DNA of 56,876 bases from Actinomycetota bacterium (GTDB taxonomy: Bacteria; Actinomycetota; Acidimicrobiia; Spongiisociales; ZC4RG35), in assembly GCA_034658975.1 (NCBI GenBank), contig JAYEGJ010000130.1, forward strand, positions 1-56,876, in the 5' to 3' direction. The notes under the pieces were generated by a model. That model saw only the letters and a program-made list of their open reading frames with translations, ran no database searches and was not told where the DNA came from. Of this stretch, positions 28,272 through 38,969 are shown one piece after another (position 1 is the first letter of the stretch; each line of letters starts with the position of its first letter). The position numbers were made by a program, and so were the translations under genes.

Positions 28272-29435
28272 ATGAGATCGACGTTGTCCTGGGCCGGCAG
28301 TGAGCAGTCGAAGCGGGCGGCCAGCGCCAAGGGCGACCCGATTGCCGACTTGCGGAGCCCGAGCGGATCGCTGATCTCGGTTTATGTGGACAGACCGGCT
28401 CCGGGGGGTTTCGCGGCGCTCCTAACCGAGTTGCTCAAACCGATCAGAGAACAGGCAGATTCGATGGGGCGCAGCGTGGCCAAGGCGGTTCGCAGCGATG
28501 CGGATCGGATCCACGATCTGGCCGTGCGGCTGGAGGTCGATCCCGCACCTTCCTTCGCGATTTTCGCATCGGATCTCGACGACGTCTTCATGTTGGAGTC
28601 CCTGACTCATCCGGTGCAGAGCGTCTCGAGAATGGGGCCGCGTCCCTACTTGCGCCCGCTGCGAGCAGCGCCACGCGGCTTGCGTTCCGGCGTGATCGTC
28701 GCTGACAGGGCGTTGGCGAGAACCTTCATTGGGTTCGAAGGTGTAGTGGAGGAACTGGGTTCGCCTCTGAGCGCTGACATCGGGAAGAGCAACTATGGCG
28801 GGTTCGGTGGTTATGAAGAGCAGGGCGTCAGGGCACATGCCGACGAGGCATCCGCCCGACTCTGGAAGGACGCCAGTTGGAGATTGCTCGAGGAGCATCG
28901 GATCCGGGCCTTCGACTACTTTGCGATCGGAGGACACGAGGAAGCGGTCGAGGAGATGGCGCGATCGCTGCATCCTTATCTTGCCCGGCTCCCGCGGGCC
29001 GTTTTCGTTGCCAATCCTCACAAGGTCACCGTGTCGGGCCTCCGATCTGAACTGGCCGGTCAGGATCTCATCATCCGTAGGCATCGTCAGGAGTCCTTGG
29101 CCGGTCGCGTCTGCGACACGGCTTGGAGCGATGGAAACGCCGTGCTCGGTCTCAACGCGACGATCGAGGCAGCCAACTCCCAGGCCATCGACACCCTCGT
29201 CGTCGCCGGACCATTTGCCCGCAGCGGGACGGTTTGCAGCGATTGTGGTCAGTTGGCCCGGAACGGACGGGAATGCTCGGTGTGCGGTGCGGAGACCTTC
29301 GCCGTCGAAGATGTCGTTGCTTGCGCAATGGAAGCCACAATTGCCGCGGGCGGCAGCGTGTATCAGATAAAGGTGGCTTCGGCTCTCGACGTCGAAGGCG
29401 TCGGTGCCCTGACCCGCTTCCCGGTCTCTTCCTAA
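28272..29435 (+). CDS. Bacterial aeRF1-like (baeRF, probably family 10) release-factor homolog with Zn-ribbon insert
   Basis: ISVYVD, PYLRPL, VIVADR..AR.F, Gly-rich loop GGFGGYEE, CSDCG...CSVCG, C-terminal GVGALTRF. Confidence 0.75.
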   Translation: MRSTLSWAGSEQSKRAASAKGDPIADLRSPSGSLISVYVDRPAPGGFAALLTELLKPIREQADSMGRSVAKAVRSDADRIHDLAVRLEVDPAPSFAIFASDLDDVFMLESLTHPVQSVSRMGPRPYLRPLRAAPRGLRSGVIVADRALARTFIGFEGVVEELGSPLSADIGKSNYGGFGGYEEQGVRAHADEASARLWKDASWRLLEEHRIRAFDYFAIGGHEEAVEEMARSLHPYLARLPRAVFVANPHKVTVSGLRSELAGQDLIIRRHRQESLAGRVCDTAWSDGNAVLGLNATIEAANSQAIDTLVVAGPFARSGTVCSDCGQLARNGRECSVCGAETFAVEDVVACAMEATIAAGGSVYQIKVASALDVEGVGALTRFPVSS

Positions 29436-29462
29436 CGCGTACCTGACTAGATTCGCACGGTC

Positions 29463-30059
29463 ATGTCGACCGCTGCCGTTCTTCTCGCCGCCGGTGCCTC
29501 GAGGAGGCTCGGTCGCCCCAAACAGTTGGAACCGTGGGGGGATTCGAATCTCCTCGGGCACGTTGTTCGGCGCACTGCCGCCTTCCCCGTCGATGAGGTG
29601 TGGGTCGTGCTCGGCTACGAGTCGGATCGGATCATCGCCGAGACCGAACTCGGAGATGCCGGGGTGGTTGAAAATCCCGAGTGGGAGGAAGGCATCGCCT
29701 CCTCGATCAGGGTCGGCCTGGATGCGTTGAATCGGCTGTCGGACTGCGACACAGCTTTGATCGTCGTCGCCGATCAGCCCGGCGTTTCTCCGGAGGTGGT
29801 CGCCGAGCTTCTCGAATCACACAGCCGGGCGGGCAAGCCTGTCACTGTCCCGAAATACCGGTACAGCCTGGGCAATCCCGTTCTCGTTGATCGGTCGCTT
29901 TGGCCTCGTCTCATGTCTCTCGACGGGGACGATGGGGCGATGAAATTGTGGAAGTCCCACCCCGAGTGGGTAAACGAAGTCTGGTTCGCCGAAGGTCAGC
30001 CTCGTGATGTCGACATCGAGAGGGATGTCACCGAAATGAAGCCAAGGCATTTGGCCTGA
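29463..30059 (+). CDS. MocA/MobA-like nucleotidyltransferase (molybdenum cofactor cytidylyltransferase-like)
   Basis: LLAAGASRRLGRPKQL, NP.WEEGIASSIR.G, ADQP, GNPV, GDDGA, DVD. Confidence 0.88.
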   Translation: MSTAAVLLAAGASRRLGRPKQLEPWGDSNLLGHVVRRTAAFPVDEVWVVLGYESDRIIAETELGDAGVVENPEWEEGIASSIRVGLDALNRLSDCDTALIVVADQPGVSPEVVAELLESHSRAGKPVTVPKYRYSLGNPVLVDRSLWPRLMSLDGDDGAMKLWKSHPEWVNEVWFAEGQPRDVDIERDVTEMKPRHLA

Positions 30060-30125
30060 TTTGAGGGCTCGCGAGATGTATAGAGTTGTGGTTCCGGTCT
30101 GTAGTTGCAAGCGAAGAAGGAACTG

Positions 30126-30530
30126 ATGGCGCGGATCGACGAGGTAGCCGGCGTAGGCGTCAGGCAAGCAACCAAGCTTCGAAAGGTGGGCGTGCGCACC
30201 AGCAAGGGCCTGATCGAACAGGCATCCACCAGGCGGGCCAGGACGCAGCTATCCAAGTCGACCGGGCTGACTCCGAAGGACTTGCAGCTCTGGGTCCACC
30301 ATGCCGATCTTCTCCGGATCAGGGGAGTGGGCGCCGAGTACGCGGAGCTTCTGGTGGAGGCGGGCGTCGACACCATCAGGGACCTGCGCCGCCGCAACCC
30401 GACCGCCCTTGTCGCGAAAATCATCGGTCTCAACGGTGCGAAGAAAGTGGTAGACCGACTGCCAACCGAATCCATGGTCGAAGGGTGGATCTCGGTCGCC
30501 GCCGACCTGGAGCCATCGATCAGCAACTAA
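30126..30530 (+). CDS. DUF4332 family (HhH) protein
   Basis: IDEVAGVG..KL..VGV, WV..ADL.RIRGVG.EYAELL.EAGVDT..L.RRNP; AAGGA RBS. Confidence 0.85.
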   Translation: MARIDEVAGVGVRQATKLRKVGVRTSKGLIEQASTRRARTQLSKSTGLTPKDLQLWVHHADLLRIRGVGAEYAELLVEAGVDTIRDLRRRNPTALVAKIIGLNGAKKVVDRLPTESMVEGWISVAADLEPSISN

Positions 30531-30546
30531 GTGGGACGCCCCAAAT

Positions 30547-30576
30547 AGAAAAGGGGCCCCGTGGGGCCCCTTTTCT
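30547..30576. terminator. Bidirectional intrinsic terminator
   Basis: AGAAAAGGGGCCCC-GT-GGGGCCCCTTTTCT perfect hairpin with A/T tails between convergent genes. Confidence 0.9.
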
Positions 30577-30596
30577 CCTGTGAGGAGGAGGTGAGT

Positions 30597-31088
30597 TCAG
30601 GAAGCCTTCTTCTCAGAAGTCGACTTCGTTGAACTCGTCTTCGTGGCCGTTGACGACTTGGTCGTCTTGGCAGCCGAAGTCTTGGCAGCAGGCTTTTTGG
30701 CCGTGCTGGTCTTGGCAGCGGGCTTCTTGGCCTTCTCAGCCTTCACCGCTTCTTCCTCTACGGCCTCGTCGGCCTTCTCGGGGCGGAAGGACGTGCGCCA
30801 GGTCGCCAGCATGTCCTCGAGCTGGTCACGCAGCTTGGTCACCTGCTCCTTGGCCTGGTCCAGGTCGACCTTCGAGGAGATCTCCTCGACGACCTTGCCC
30901 TCGCCGATGCGGGTCATGACCTTCTCGCCTTCGGTCGCCCAGCCCTCGAAGGCCTTCTCGGCCGACTTGGTGTAGCTGGTGGTCTGATCGTCGACCTTGC
31001 CCTTGATTGCGGTCACTTGCTCACCGACTTTGCGGTATGCGACCACGGGGGCTCCGACTGCTGCGTGCAGAACGGTTTTGGCTTCCAT
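30597..31088 (-). CDS. HBHA/TadA-like protein with Lys/Ala/Pro/Thr-rich tail
   Basis: N-terminal LHAAVGA, helical core with A.EGEKV, C-terminal KKPAAK repeats; directly downstream of an XRE gene as with mycobacterial Rv0474-hbhA. Confidence 0.6.
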   Translation of the reverse strand: MEAKTVLHAAVGAPVVAYRKVGEQVTAIKGKVDDQTTSYTKSAEKAFEGWATEGEKVMTRIGEGKVVEEISSKVDLDQAKEQVTKLRDQLEDMLATWRTSFRPEKADEAVEEEAVKAEKAKKPAAKTSTAKKPAAKTSAAKTTKSSTATKTSSTKSTSEKKAS

Positions 31089-31091
31089 TTC

Positions 31092-31457
31092 TTACTCCTT
31101 TTCTCCTGCACCGACCGAAGCGTTCGATCCGGCAAGTGCCCTATACATGTCGAGCAAAACCTTTTTGTGCTCAGCGGTGAGACGGGTGTCTCCGTCGACT
31201 GCCTCAGCAACTGTCATCGGTGCCAAATCCTCGTCGATCAGGCCGGCCTTCTTGTAAAGCGAATTGGCGCTGATCTCGAGGGCACGGGACAGGCTCTTGA
31301 GGATCTCGGCCGATGGCTTGCGGATCCCTCGCTCGATCTGGCTCAGATACGGATTTGATATCCCCGCTTTCTCGGCCAGTCGACGCAATGAGAGATCTGC
31401 CCGCTCCCGCTGTTGGCGGATGAACGTACCCAGATCGCTGTGCTTGCTCTCGTTCAC
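31092..31457 (-). CDS. XRE-family HTH regulator (Rv0474-like)
   Basis: LG.FIRQQR....SLRRLAEKAGISNPYLSQIERGIRKPSAEIL, SA..LY..AGL. Confidence 0.92.
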   Translation of the reverse strand: MNESKHSDLGTFIRQQRERADLSLRRLAEKAGISNPYLSQIERGIRKPSAEILKSLSRALEISANSLYKKAGLIDEDLAPMTVAEAVDGDTRLTAEHKKVLLDMYRALAGSNASVGAGEKE

Positions 31458-31528
31458 TATGTGTTAGCGTACAGCAAGCTGCTAACTATTGCAAGCGCGT
31501 CGCGAGCAGTCCTCGATGTTTGTCTGGT

Positions 31529-32251
31529 TCAGGCGAGAACGCCGCCCACCATGTCGCCGATCCAGTAGGCAACCAGGCCGCCGACACCGGCAATCGCCAT
31601 GTTTTCGAGGCCACCGAAAAGCCGGTTCGAGTCGGCCACGCGTGCCTTGATCACCCCAACTGCGAAGAGCCCGGCGAGCGCAAAGACGCTCGCCCACACC
31701 AAAGCGGTCCCTGAGTTCGACGCCAGAGCGAACGGCACGACCGAGGGCAGAGCCCCCAACAGGAACAGCAGGCCGCTCGCAGCCATGGCGAGGAATGGTG
31801 ACCGGCGCTCTGATTCGACCACACCGAATTCGAGCGCCGCCATTGCGTTGAGGAGCGCCTCGTCGTTTTCCTCGAACCCGGCGACGACCCCGTCGAGGTC
31901 ATCATCCCGGATGCCCATGTCGGTGAAGAAACCGCGCAACTGCTCGATCTCCTGGTCCTTGAAGTGTTCGATGTGATTGCGTTCGAGTTTCAGCTCCGAA
32001 GCGAGGATGTCGTCCTGTGACTTGGTGGCCAGGTACTCGCCGGCCGCCATCGACACCGCACCAGCTATCGCACCGGCAATTCCGGTGAGCAGCACCTGAT
32101 CGTTGTTGAGGCCACCACCGACCACGCCAACGACGAGCAGGAACGTCGAGACAAGGCCGTCATTGACCCCGAGGATGATGTCTCTCCAGTACTGGCGTGA
32201 ATCCCCGATGTGAGGCACGTACTCCGGGCTACCGATTTGTCTGCTGGCCAC
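31529..32251 (-). CDS. VIT1/CCC1 family Fe/Mn transporter
   Basis: RDIILGVNDGLVS, AGAVSMAAGEYL, E-rich cytosolic domain. Confidence 0.92.
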   Translation of the reverse strand: MASRQIGSPEYVPHIGDSRQYWRDIILGVNDGLVSTFLLVVGVVGGGLNNDQVLLTGIAGAIAGAVSMAAGEYLATKSQDDILASELKLERNHIEHFKDQEIEQLRGFFTDMGIRDDDLDGVVAGFEENDEALLNAMAALEFGVVESERRSPFLAMAASGLLFLLGALPSVVPFALASNSGTALVWASVFALAGLFAVGVIKARVADSNRLFGGLENMAIAGVGGLVAYWIGDMVGGVLA

Positions 32252-32313
32252 GCACCGATGGTAAACGACGATTCGGCAGGTGCGAGTTGTCGCTAGGTTG
32301 GCGGGGTTCTCCC

Positions 32314-33324
32314 ATGATCATCGTGATGCATCCCGACGCCTCTTCCGACGAGATCGATCAGGTAGTCGCGCGTTTGGAGGCCTTAGGGGCCGACGTCCAG
32401 GTCACGACCGAGGAGGGGCGCACCATCGTCAACGGGACGACGGAGTCTCGTTTGAACGACGAGGCGCCCTGGGGGCTGCTTCCCGGCGTCGACCGAATCG
32501 TTCCTGAGATCGCGGGAGGTCGCCGGGTTGGCCGTCAGCACAAGGCAGCGGACACGGTTGTGGATGTTTCGGGGGTCTTGATCGGTGATGGCACCTTCAC
32601 GGTGGCCGCGGGCCCGTGCGCCGTAGAGAGTCGCAACCGTCTCATGGAGGTTGCCGCCGCCGTCAAAGCCGCCGGCGCTCACATGCTGCGCGGCGATGCT
32701 TTCAAGCCACGGACCTCGCCGTATTCGTTCCAGGGTCTGGGCAAAGCCGGTCTCGAAATGCTCTCCGAGGCCCGAGATACCTATGGATTGCCTGTCGTCG
32801 CCGAAGTCCTCGATCCGAGGGATGTTGATCTGGTCGCGGCGCATGTCGACATGCTCAGGATCGGCACCCGGAACATGTCGAACTATGTACTTCTCAAGGA
32901 GGTCGGAAGGCAAGGGAAGCCGGTCCAGCTCAAGAGGGGCCGGGCCTCGACCATCGGGGAGTGGATCGACGCCGCCGAGTACATCTTCAACGAGGGCAAC
33001 CGCAGCGTCGTCATGGTGGAGAGGGGAGTTCGTGGCTTCGACAACACGGCCCGGAACATCCTCGACATCAGTGCGGTCCCGATCGTCAAGGCCATGACCC
33101 ACCTGCCTGTGATGGTCGACCCCTCTCACGCGGCCGGGAGAAAAGATCTCGTGGCGCCACTGGCATTGGCAGCCGTTGCCGCCGGGGCCGACGGTCTGTT
33201 GATCGACGTCCACACGGAACCCGGCGAGGCATTGGTCGATGGCGCGCAGGCGCTGGCTCCGTCTGAGTTCGAACGCTTGATGACCCAAATGAGGGCGGTG
33301 AAGAACGCGCTCAGGGAAGCTTGA
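32314..33324 (+). CDS. aroF: DAHP synthase (type I-beta)
   Basis: [37 protein letters not shown]; N-terminal regulatory domain from MIIVM. Confidence 0.92.
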   Translation: MIIVMHPDASSDEIDQVVARLEALGADVQVTTEEGRTIVNGTTESRLNDEAPWGLLPGVDRIVPEIAGGRRVGRQHKAADTVVDVSGVLIGDGTFTVAAGPCAVESRNRLMEVAAAVKAAGAHMLRGDAFKPRTSPYSFQGLGKAGLEMLSEARDTYGLPVVAEVLDPRDVDLVAAHVDMLRIGTRNMSNYVLLKEVGRQGKPVQLKRGRASTIGEWIDAAEYIFNEGNRSVVMVERGVRGFDNTARNILDISAVPIVKAMTHLPVMVDPSHAAGRKDLVAPLALAAVAAGADGLLIDVHTEPGEALVDGAQALAPSEFERLMTQMRAVKNALREA

Positions 33325-34491
33325 TCAGATCCGTTCGGTCATCCCGATCAATGCGCCAACGCCGGCCTTGATCCCGAATCCGATGGTTGCTTCGTTGATC
33401 TTGAAACTCGCCGAGTGGAGATCGCCCCCACCACAGCAGGTTCCCAACCTGAGAAGCGCACCGGGCACGATATCGAGGTAGTGGGCGAAGTCCTCGCCTC
33501 CCATGCTGGTGTCCGTCGGAACAATCGTGTCATCACCGGCGTAGAGGGTGATACCAGCCGAGGCGGCCTCGACAACCCCGCCGTCGTTCACGACCGGGGG
33601 GATACCTTGTCTGTAGTCGAGGTGGTAGTCGGCTCCTGACACGGCGAGAAGGGAGCCGAGTGCCTTGTCGACCAGGCCGGGGAGCACGTCCCAAACCGCC
33701 CGGTCGAGAGTTCGCACGGTTCCGCTCATCACGACCTCGGTGGGAATGACGTTTAGCGCATCCCCGCCATGGACGGATCCGAAGACGGTGACAATCGGGA
33801 TGCGCGAATCGATCGAGCGGCGGATGGCTCCGGGCAACTCTCCGATGACGCGGGCCGAAGCGTCGACGAGATCCACTGTTCGGTTCGGTCGCGCCGTGTG
33901 ACCACCGGGCCCGTTGAGTGTGATGGTGAAGCCGTCTGCACTGCCCGTTATGGGCCCGGTCTTGGCGCCTACCTTTCCCGTGTCGAGATTGGGATCGACG
34001 TGGAACGCAATGAGACCCTTCAGGCCGTCGACGAGCCCTTCGGCCACCAGTTCGCTCGCACCGCTCGGGTACGACTCCTCGGCGGGCTGAAAGAGCACCC
34101 GCACTCCTTGATCGAGATCGAGCCGGTTGAGCGTGAGGGCGATGCCGGTGGCAATCGCGGAGTGAGCATCGTGACCGCACGCGTGCATCCAGCCGGGGTT
34201 CTGGGACCTGGGAAGGTTGTCCTCCGGCTCCGTGATCGGTAGGGCGTCGAGATCCGCTCGGAATCCGACGGAGGGGTCGTTGCCGATATCCACCCAAAGC
34301 CCCGTGTTTGGCTTCCGGAGCTCGTGAGCCAAACCGTTCTCTCGAAGGGTTGCCGAGATGAGGGCCGTGGTCTGGTGCTCCTGGAAACCGGGCTCGGGAT
34401 GCCGATGCAGCAGACGTCGCAACTCGACCGCCTGGGGCGTGATCTCCTCCACCAGCTCCGCCAATTGGTTATTCAGCGGGCTCCTAGGCAT
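33325..34491 (-). CDS. M20D amidohydrolase
   Basis: [45 protein letters not shown]. Confidence 0.92.
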   Translation of the reverse strand: MPRSPLNNQLAELVEEITPQAVELRRLLHRHPEPGFQEHQTTALISATLRENGLAHELRKPNTGLWVDIGNDPSVGFRADLDALPITEPEDNLPRSQNPGWMHACGHDAHSAIATGIALTLNRLDLDQGVRVLFQPAEESYPSGASELVAEGLVDGLKGLIAFHVDPNLDTGKVGAKTGPITGSADGFTITLNGPGGHTARPNRTVDLVDASARVIGELPGAIRRSIDSRIPIVTVFGSVHGGDALNVIPTEVVMSGTVRTLDRAVWDVLPGLVDKALGSLLAVSGADYHLDYRQGIPPVVNDGGVVEAASAGITLYAGDDTIVPTDTSMGGEDFAHYLDIVPGALLRLGTCCGGGDLHSASFKINEATIGFGIKAGVGALIGMTERI

Positions 34492-34514
34492 CCGGAGAGA
34501 CTAACCAACCCCGA

Positions 34515-37265
34515 TCATTCGTAGAAGAGGCGTTCGAAGGTCCGGCGGGACCGACGCGTGTATCGCCGATACTGCTCTCGAAGCTCACCTGTTCGGTCGA
34601 AACCCAGGGAGGCAGCAAGCCTCGCGGTTGCCGTCGGGTCGGTGGGCAAGGAGTCCGAAGCGCGCCCCTTCTGGAGATGAAGCCGAAGTCGGACCCTCGT
34701 GCAGAAGATGTAGGCGTCAGCCAGGGCGTTGTAGTCGGCCGGGGTGATGTGTTCAGAGTCACGCAAACCGGCGAGAGCCGCCAGAGTCCCTGGGACGCGA
34801 AGGCCGGGATCTGCTCCCCCGTGCTGGAGTTGGAGCAACTGGGTGACGAACTCGACGTCGGAGAGCCCACCGGGCCCGAGCTTGAGGTGGAAGTCGGGGT
34901 CCTCGCCAACTGGAATCCGCTCGGATTCCACCCGAGCCTTGATCGAGCGGATGCCATGAGTGACCTGGGGCTGAAGGTCGTCCATCCATAAGACGGGCTC
35001 GATCAACTTCATGAACGACGCTCCCAGGTCCTGGTCGCCGGCGGCCGGTCTTGCCCGGACCAGTGCCAGCAATTCCCACGGCTCCACCCAATGCTCGTAG
35101 TAGCGGCCGAAGCCTTCCATGGATCGGGCCAACGGACCCTTCCGCCCCTCCGGCCGAAGGTCAGAGTCGAGTTCGTAGGCCTCCCCGTGCCGGCTCGGCT
35201 CGGCGAGAACCTGGCCGAGGCCGACGGCGAGCTCGTTGGCGCGAGCCCGGTCGCTCTCATTCCTATACACATACATGAGGTCGAGATCAGAGCCGTAGGA
35301 GAGTTCTCGGCCTCCCCACTTGCCCATGGCGACGACCCCAAAACCCTCTAACTCGCCGTCGGTGAGGGTGTGGAGGGCCCCGACCAGAGCCGCATCGGCT
35401 GTGTCGGAGAGCGCCCGGAGAGTGGCCTCCGTCGGCGCCTCTCCCAGAACATCACGTGCGGCTATCCGGAGCTTGCGGCGGCGAACGAACCTCCTCACGG
35501 TCCCGACCCGCACGTCCCGGTCGGGTCTGGCGTCCAGAAGAGCGATGAGGCGATTGACGGCGGCCTCCCCGTCTCGGACGTCTCTAATCCGCTCGTCGCT
35601 GGCGAGTCGCGGAATGAACTCGGGAATCCGGTCGATCAGATCGCCGAGAAGTTTCCCGTTTCCGAGGAGCAGACAGAGTCGCTCCCCTGCCACGGGGTTG
35701 TTCTGAAGAAGAGCGACCAACGCTCCGTGATCGGGAGTGCGGGCCAGCAGCAGGCGCAGTTGGGCGAGACCGAGATCGGGGTCGGGGGACTGCGACAGCC
35801 AGTCGAGCATCAAGGGGAGAATCTGATGCATCACGCGGGACTTTCTGCTGAGACCGGTTGTCAGCTCCCCGAATGCGGTAGTGGCTGCCCCGACGTCTCT
35901 GAATCCGAGCGCCTCGAGACGCAGGCCCGCATCGGCGGGGTCGAGTCGCGCCGAAGGCAACCCGACCAGCGAGTCGAGTATCGGCCTGAAGTAGAGACGC
36001 TCGTGGAGACTCCTGACGTTGCGTCGGACCGATGAGAGAGCCTTCTCCAATTCTTCAGCCGGATCTTGTTCGAATCCCAACGAGCGCCCGATGCGTTCCC
36101 TCGCGTCCAAGGAACTGGGGAGATCGTGGGTCTGTCGAAGGTCCCAGAGCTGGATTCGGTGCTCCAGGTTGCGAAGAAAGACGTAGGCGTCGGTTAGCTG
36201 ATCTGCCTCCTCCTCGTCGATGTAGCCATGCTCTCCCAACACTGCCGCCGCCGCGATGGTCGATGGGACCCGCAGGTCGGGATCGAACCCCCCGTGGACT
36301 AGCTGGAGAAGCTGCACGGTGAACTCGATATCCCGAATCCCGCCGCGGGAGCGCTTGATGTCTGAAGCCGGGGCCGAGTCCTCTGCCTGGACCTTGAGCA
36401 GTCGAATGCTCCGAAGGGCGTCGACATCGAGGCCCTGCTCCCAGATGATTCGGTCGGCCATTTCCCTGAAGCGATGGCCGAGATCCCCGCTTCCGGCCAC
36501 GAACCTCGCTTTGAGCAGTGCCTGGAGCTCCCATGCCTCGCCCCATCGGGCGTAATACGACTCGTAGCTGTCCAAGCTGCGGGTCAGGGGACCCATGGTG
36601 CCCTCGGGCCGGAGGTCGGCATCAACACGGAGAGCCTCGCCCTCGAACGTTGGCGAAGACAGCCTGGCGAGCAGACTGCTGGCCATGGCCAGGGCGGCCC
36701 GCCGACTCTCATCCGGATCGCCGGCAATGGGCTCGTGGACGAACACGAGGTCGATGTCGGATGAGTAGTTGAGCTCTCGCGCACCCCATTTGCCCATGGC
36801 AATGATTGCGAAAGGCATCTCGAGGGCAGTCGGGTGCTTCTCGGCGACGGACTCCCGGACCCTGGTCAGACTGGCGCTCACCATCCCATCGATGAACTCC
36901 GAATACCTTCGGGTCGATTCGACCATGTCGACACGCCCACAGAGATCGTCGCCGGCGATGTCGATTAGCGCTCCTCTGAGCTTCAGGGGCACGGAGTCCT
37001 CGGGGCTTGCTCCGTCGAAGAGGTGGGCGTTCGAGGCGAGGGCGGACGTCAATGCCCGGCTTGCGCCGGCCAGGGCGGCAGCCTTCTCGAGCTTGCCGGG
37101 TTCGGCAAAGGAGACATCGGCTGCCAGGAGTGGGGCGATGCGGATTGCGGCCCCAGCCGGATCCGCCGACTCCTCGACGGCCGCGGTGACTCGCTCGAGA
37201 GTCTCGGGATCGAGGCCGATCTCGGAGAGTGCGGCGTGGCTGGCTCGAGGTTGGCGGTCTGTCAC
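34515..37265 (-). CDS. glnE: Bifunctional glutamine synthetase adenylyltransferase/deadenylyltransferase
   Basis: Two nucleotidyltransferase halves: MGKWG.REL.Y.SD.DL, D.DLRPEG..GPL, WE..AL, GG..D.EF..QLLQL.H. Confidence 0.95.
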   Translation of the reverse strand: MTDRQPRASHAALSEIGLDPETLERVTAAVEESADPAGAAIRIAPLLAADVSFAEPGKLEKAAALAGASRALTSALASNAHLFDGASPEDSVPLKLRGALIDIAGDDLCGRVDMVESTRRYSEFIDGMVSASLTRVRESVAEKHPTALEMPFAIIAMGKWGARELNYSSDIDLVFVHEPIAGDPDESRRAALAMASSLLARLSSPTFEGEALRVDADLRPEGTMGPLTRSLDSYESYYARWGEAWELQALLKARFVAGSGDLGHRFREMADRIIWEQGLDVDALRSIRLLKVQAEDSAPASDIKRSRGGIRDIEFTVQLLQLVHGGFDPDLRVPSTIAAAAVLGEHGYIDEEEADQLTDAYVFLRNLEHRIQLWDLRQTHDLPSSLDARERIGRSLGFEQDPAEELEKALSSVRRNVRSLHERLYFRPILDSLVGLPSARLDPADAGLRLEALGFRDVGAATTAFGELTTGLSRKSRVMHQILPLMLDWLSQSPDPDLGLAQLRLLLARTPDHGALVALLQNNPVAGERLCLLLGNGKLLGDLIDRIPEFIPRLASDERIRDVRDGEAAVNRLIALLDARPDRDVRVGTVRRFVRRRKLRIAARDVLGEAPTEATLRALSDTADAALVGALHTLTDGELEGFGVVAMGKWGGRELSYGSDLDLMYVYRNESDRARANELAVGLGQVLAEPSRHGEAYELDSDLRPEGRKGPLARSMEGFGRYYEHWVEPWELLALVRARPAAGDQDLGASFMKLIEPVLWMDDLQPQVTHGIRSIKARVESERIPVGEDPDFHLKLGPGGLSDVEFVTQLLQLQHGGADPGLRVPGTLAALAGLRDSEHITPADYNALADAYIFCTRVRLRLHLQKGRASDSLPTDPTATARLAASLGFDRTGELREQYRRYTRRSRRTFERLFYE

Positions 37266-37318
37266 AGTTCTCAGGCTATGACGCCTCTGTCGCTCCGCCC
37301 AACGCGTAACGTGGTGTC

Positions 37319-38968
37319 ATGTCGTTGAGGGTTGCCGGAGCCCAGCTGAATCTGACGGTTGGGGACATCCGGGGGAACGAGGCAGCAATCGCGGAGGCGA
37401 TCGGCAAGGCTTCCTCTGCAGGGGCAGATCTTCTGCTGCTGCCGGAGTTGGCGATCACCGGATACCCGCCCGAGGATCTGGTGCTTCGCGACGATTTCAT
37501 CGACGCGAACCTCGCCGCCCTCGATCGCCTCGCTCAACTTGCCGTTGACGTGACGGTCGTGGTCGGATTCGTCGATCGTGTCAACGGTCCGTCACGTGGG
37601 GCCGCCGACTCCGAGATGCGAGAAGTGGCCAACGGCGCTGCAATCCTGGCCAACAGAACGATCGCCGGGATCTACCACAAGGTTCTTCTTCCCAACTACG
37701 GGGTCTTCGACGAAGACAGGTATTTCGCGGTCGGCTCCTCTCCTGAGGCGGTGTGGAAGGTAGGCGAAACCGCTGTTGGCGTATCGATATGCGAGGACAT
37801 CTGGCTTCCCGACGGACCGCCCCGCGAGCAGGCGGCCAATGGAGCAACTGTGCTCCTCAATATCAATGCCTCCCCGTTCCATAGGGGCAAGGCCGGCGAG
37901 CGCGAGGAGATGCTTGCCGCGCGAGCCCGGGACTCGGGTGCGGCTGTGGTCTACCTGAACCTGGTTGGCGGGCAAGATGAACTCGTCTTCGACGGTGCCT
38001 CCGTAGTCCTCGACCGCAGTGGCCGGGTGCTCCATCGATCGCCCCAGTTCGAGGAGGACTTCTTCGTAGTGGACCTTCCTGTCGGGAATGAGATCGCGGC
38101 CCCTGGTGCTGTGGTTCCGCTTCTCGACCCGGTCGAAGAGGTCTATCGGGGGCTCGTCACCGGTGTCGGCGACTATGTGCGAAAGAACGGCTTCAGACAA
38201 GTTCTGATCGGGCTGTCCGGAGGAATCGACTCGGCTTTGACGGCGGCGGTCTGCGCTGACGCTTTGGGTGCCGACGGCGTCTGGGGGATCTCGATGCCCT
38301 CGAGATTCTCCTCCGATCACTCGATCGCCGATGCCGGGGCTCTTGCCGAGAATCTGGGCATTCGATTCGATCTCCTTCCAATCGACGGCGTCTACGAAGC
38401 TCATCTCCAGTCCCTCGCCGGGGTGTTCGAGGGAACAGAGTTCGGGGTTGCCGAGGAGAACCTCCAGGCACGCTCCCGTGGGGCGACTCTCATGGCGATT
38501 TCCAACAAGTTCGGCCCAATGGTGGTGGCGACCGGCAACAAGTCAGAGATGGCCGCCGGATACGCGACCTTGTATGGCGACATGGTGGGCGGCTACTCGG
38601 TGCTCAAAGACGTCTTCAAGACGCTGGTCTATGAACTCGCCCGCTGGCGGAACAGGGATGGTGAGGTCATCCCCGCCAACACGATCGAGAAGCCACCATC
38701 GGCCGAACTGCGTCCGGATCAGAAGGACTCCGACTCGCTTCCTCCATATGACCTTCTCGACGCGATTCTCGAGATGTACATCGAGGACGACATGGGAGTC
38801 ACGCAGATAGTTGCCGCGGGTTATGACGCCGAGAATGTTGGCTCGATAACGAGGATGGTCGATCGGAACGAGTACAAGAGGCGTCAGTCGGCACCCGGCG
38901 TGAAGATCACGACCAAGGCGTTTGGCAAGGATCGTCGGCTTCCCATCACCAACGCTTATCGTCCTTGA
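37319..38968 (+). CDS. nadE: Glutamine-dependent NAD+ synthetase
   Basis: PEL.ITGYPPEDL, K..LPNYGVFDE.RYF, ICEDIW, GLSGGIDS, ENLQAR, GNKSE, PPSAEL. Confidence 0.96.
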   Translation: MSLRVAGAQLNLTVGDIRGNEAAIAEAIGKASSAGADLLLLPELAITGYPPEDLVLRDDFIDANLAALDRLAQLAVDVTVVVGFVDRVNGPSRGAADSEMREVANGAAILANRTIAGIYHKVLLPNYGVFDEDRYFAVGSSPEAVWKVGETAVGVSICEDIWLPDGPPREQAANGATVLLNINASPFHRGKAGEREEMLAARARDSGAAVVYLNLVGGQDELVFDGASVVLDRSGRVLHRSPQFEEDFFVVDLPVGNEIAAPGAVVPLLDPVEEVYRGLVTGVGDYVRKNGFRQVLIGLSGGIDSALTAAVCADALGADGVWGISMPSRFSSDHSIADAGALAENLGIRFDLLPIDGVYEAHLQSLAGVFEGTEFGVAEENLQARSRGATLMAISNKFGPMVVATGNKSEMAAGYATLYGDMVGGYSVLKDVFKTLVYELARWRNRDGEVIPANTIEKPPSAELRPDQKDSDSLPPYDLLDAILEMYIEDDMGVTQIVAAGYDAENVGSITRMVDRNEYKRRQSAPGVKITTKAFGKDRRLPITNAYRP

Positions 38969-38969
38969 T

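Noticed and set aside
30597-30740. KKPAAK/KTS repeats as a DNA repeat element
   Set aside because: Explained by the low-complexity protein tail.
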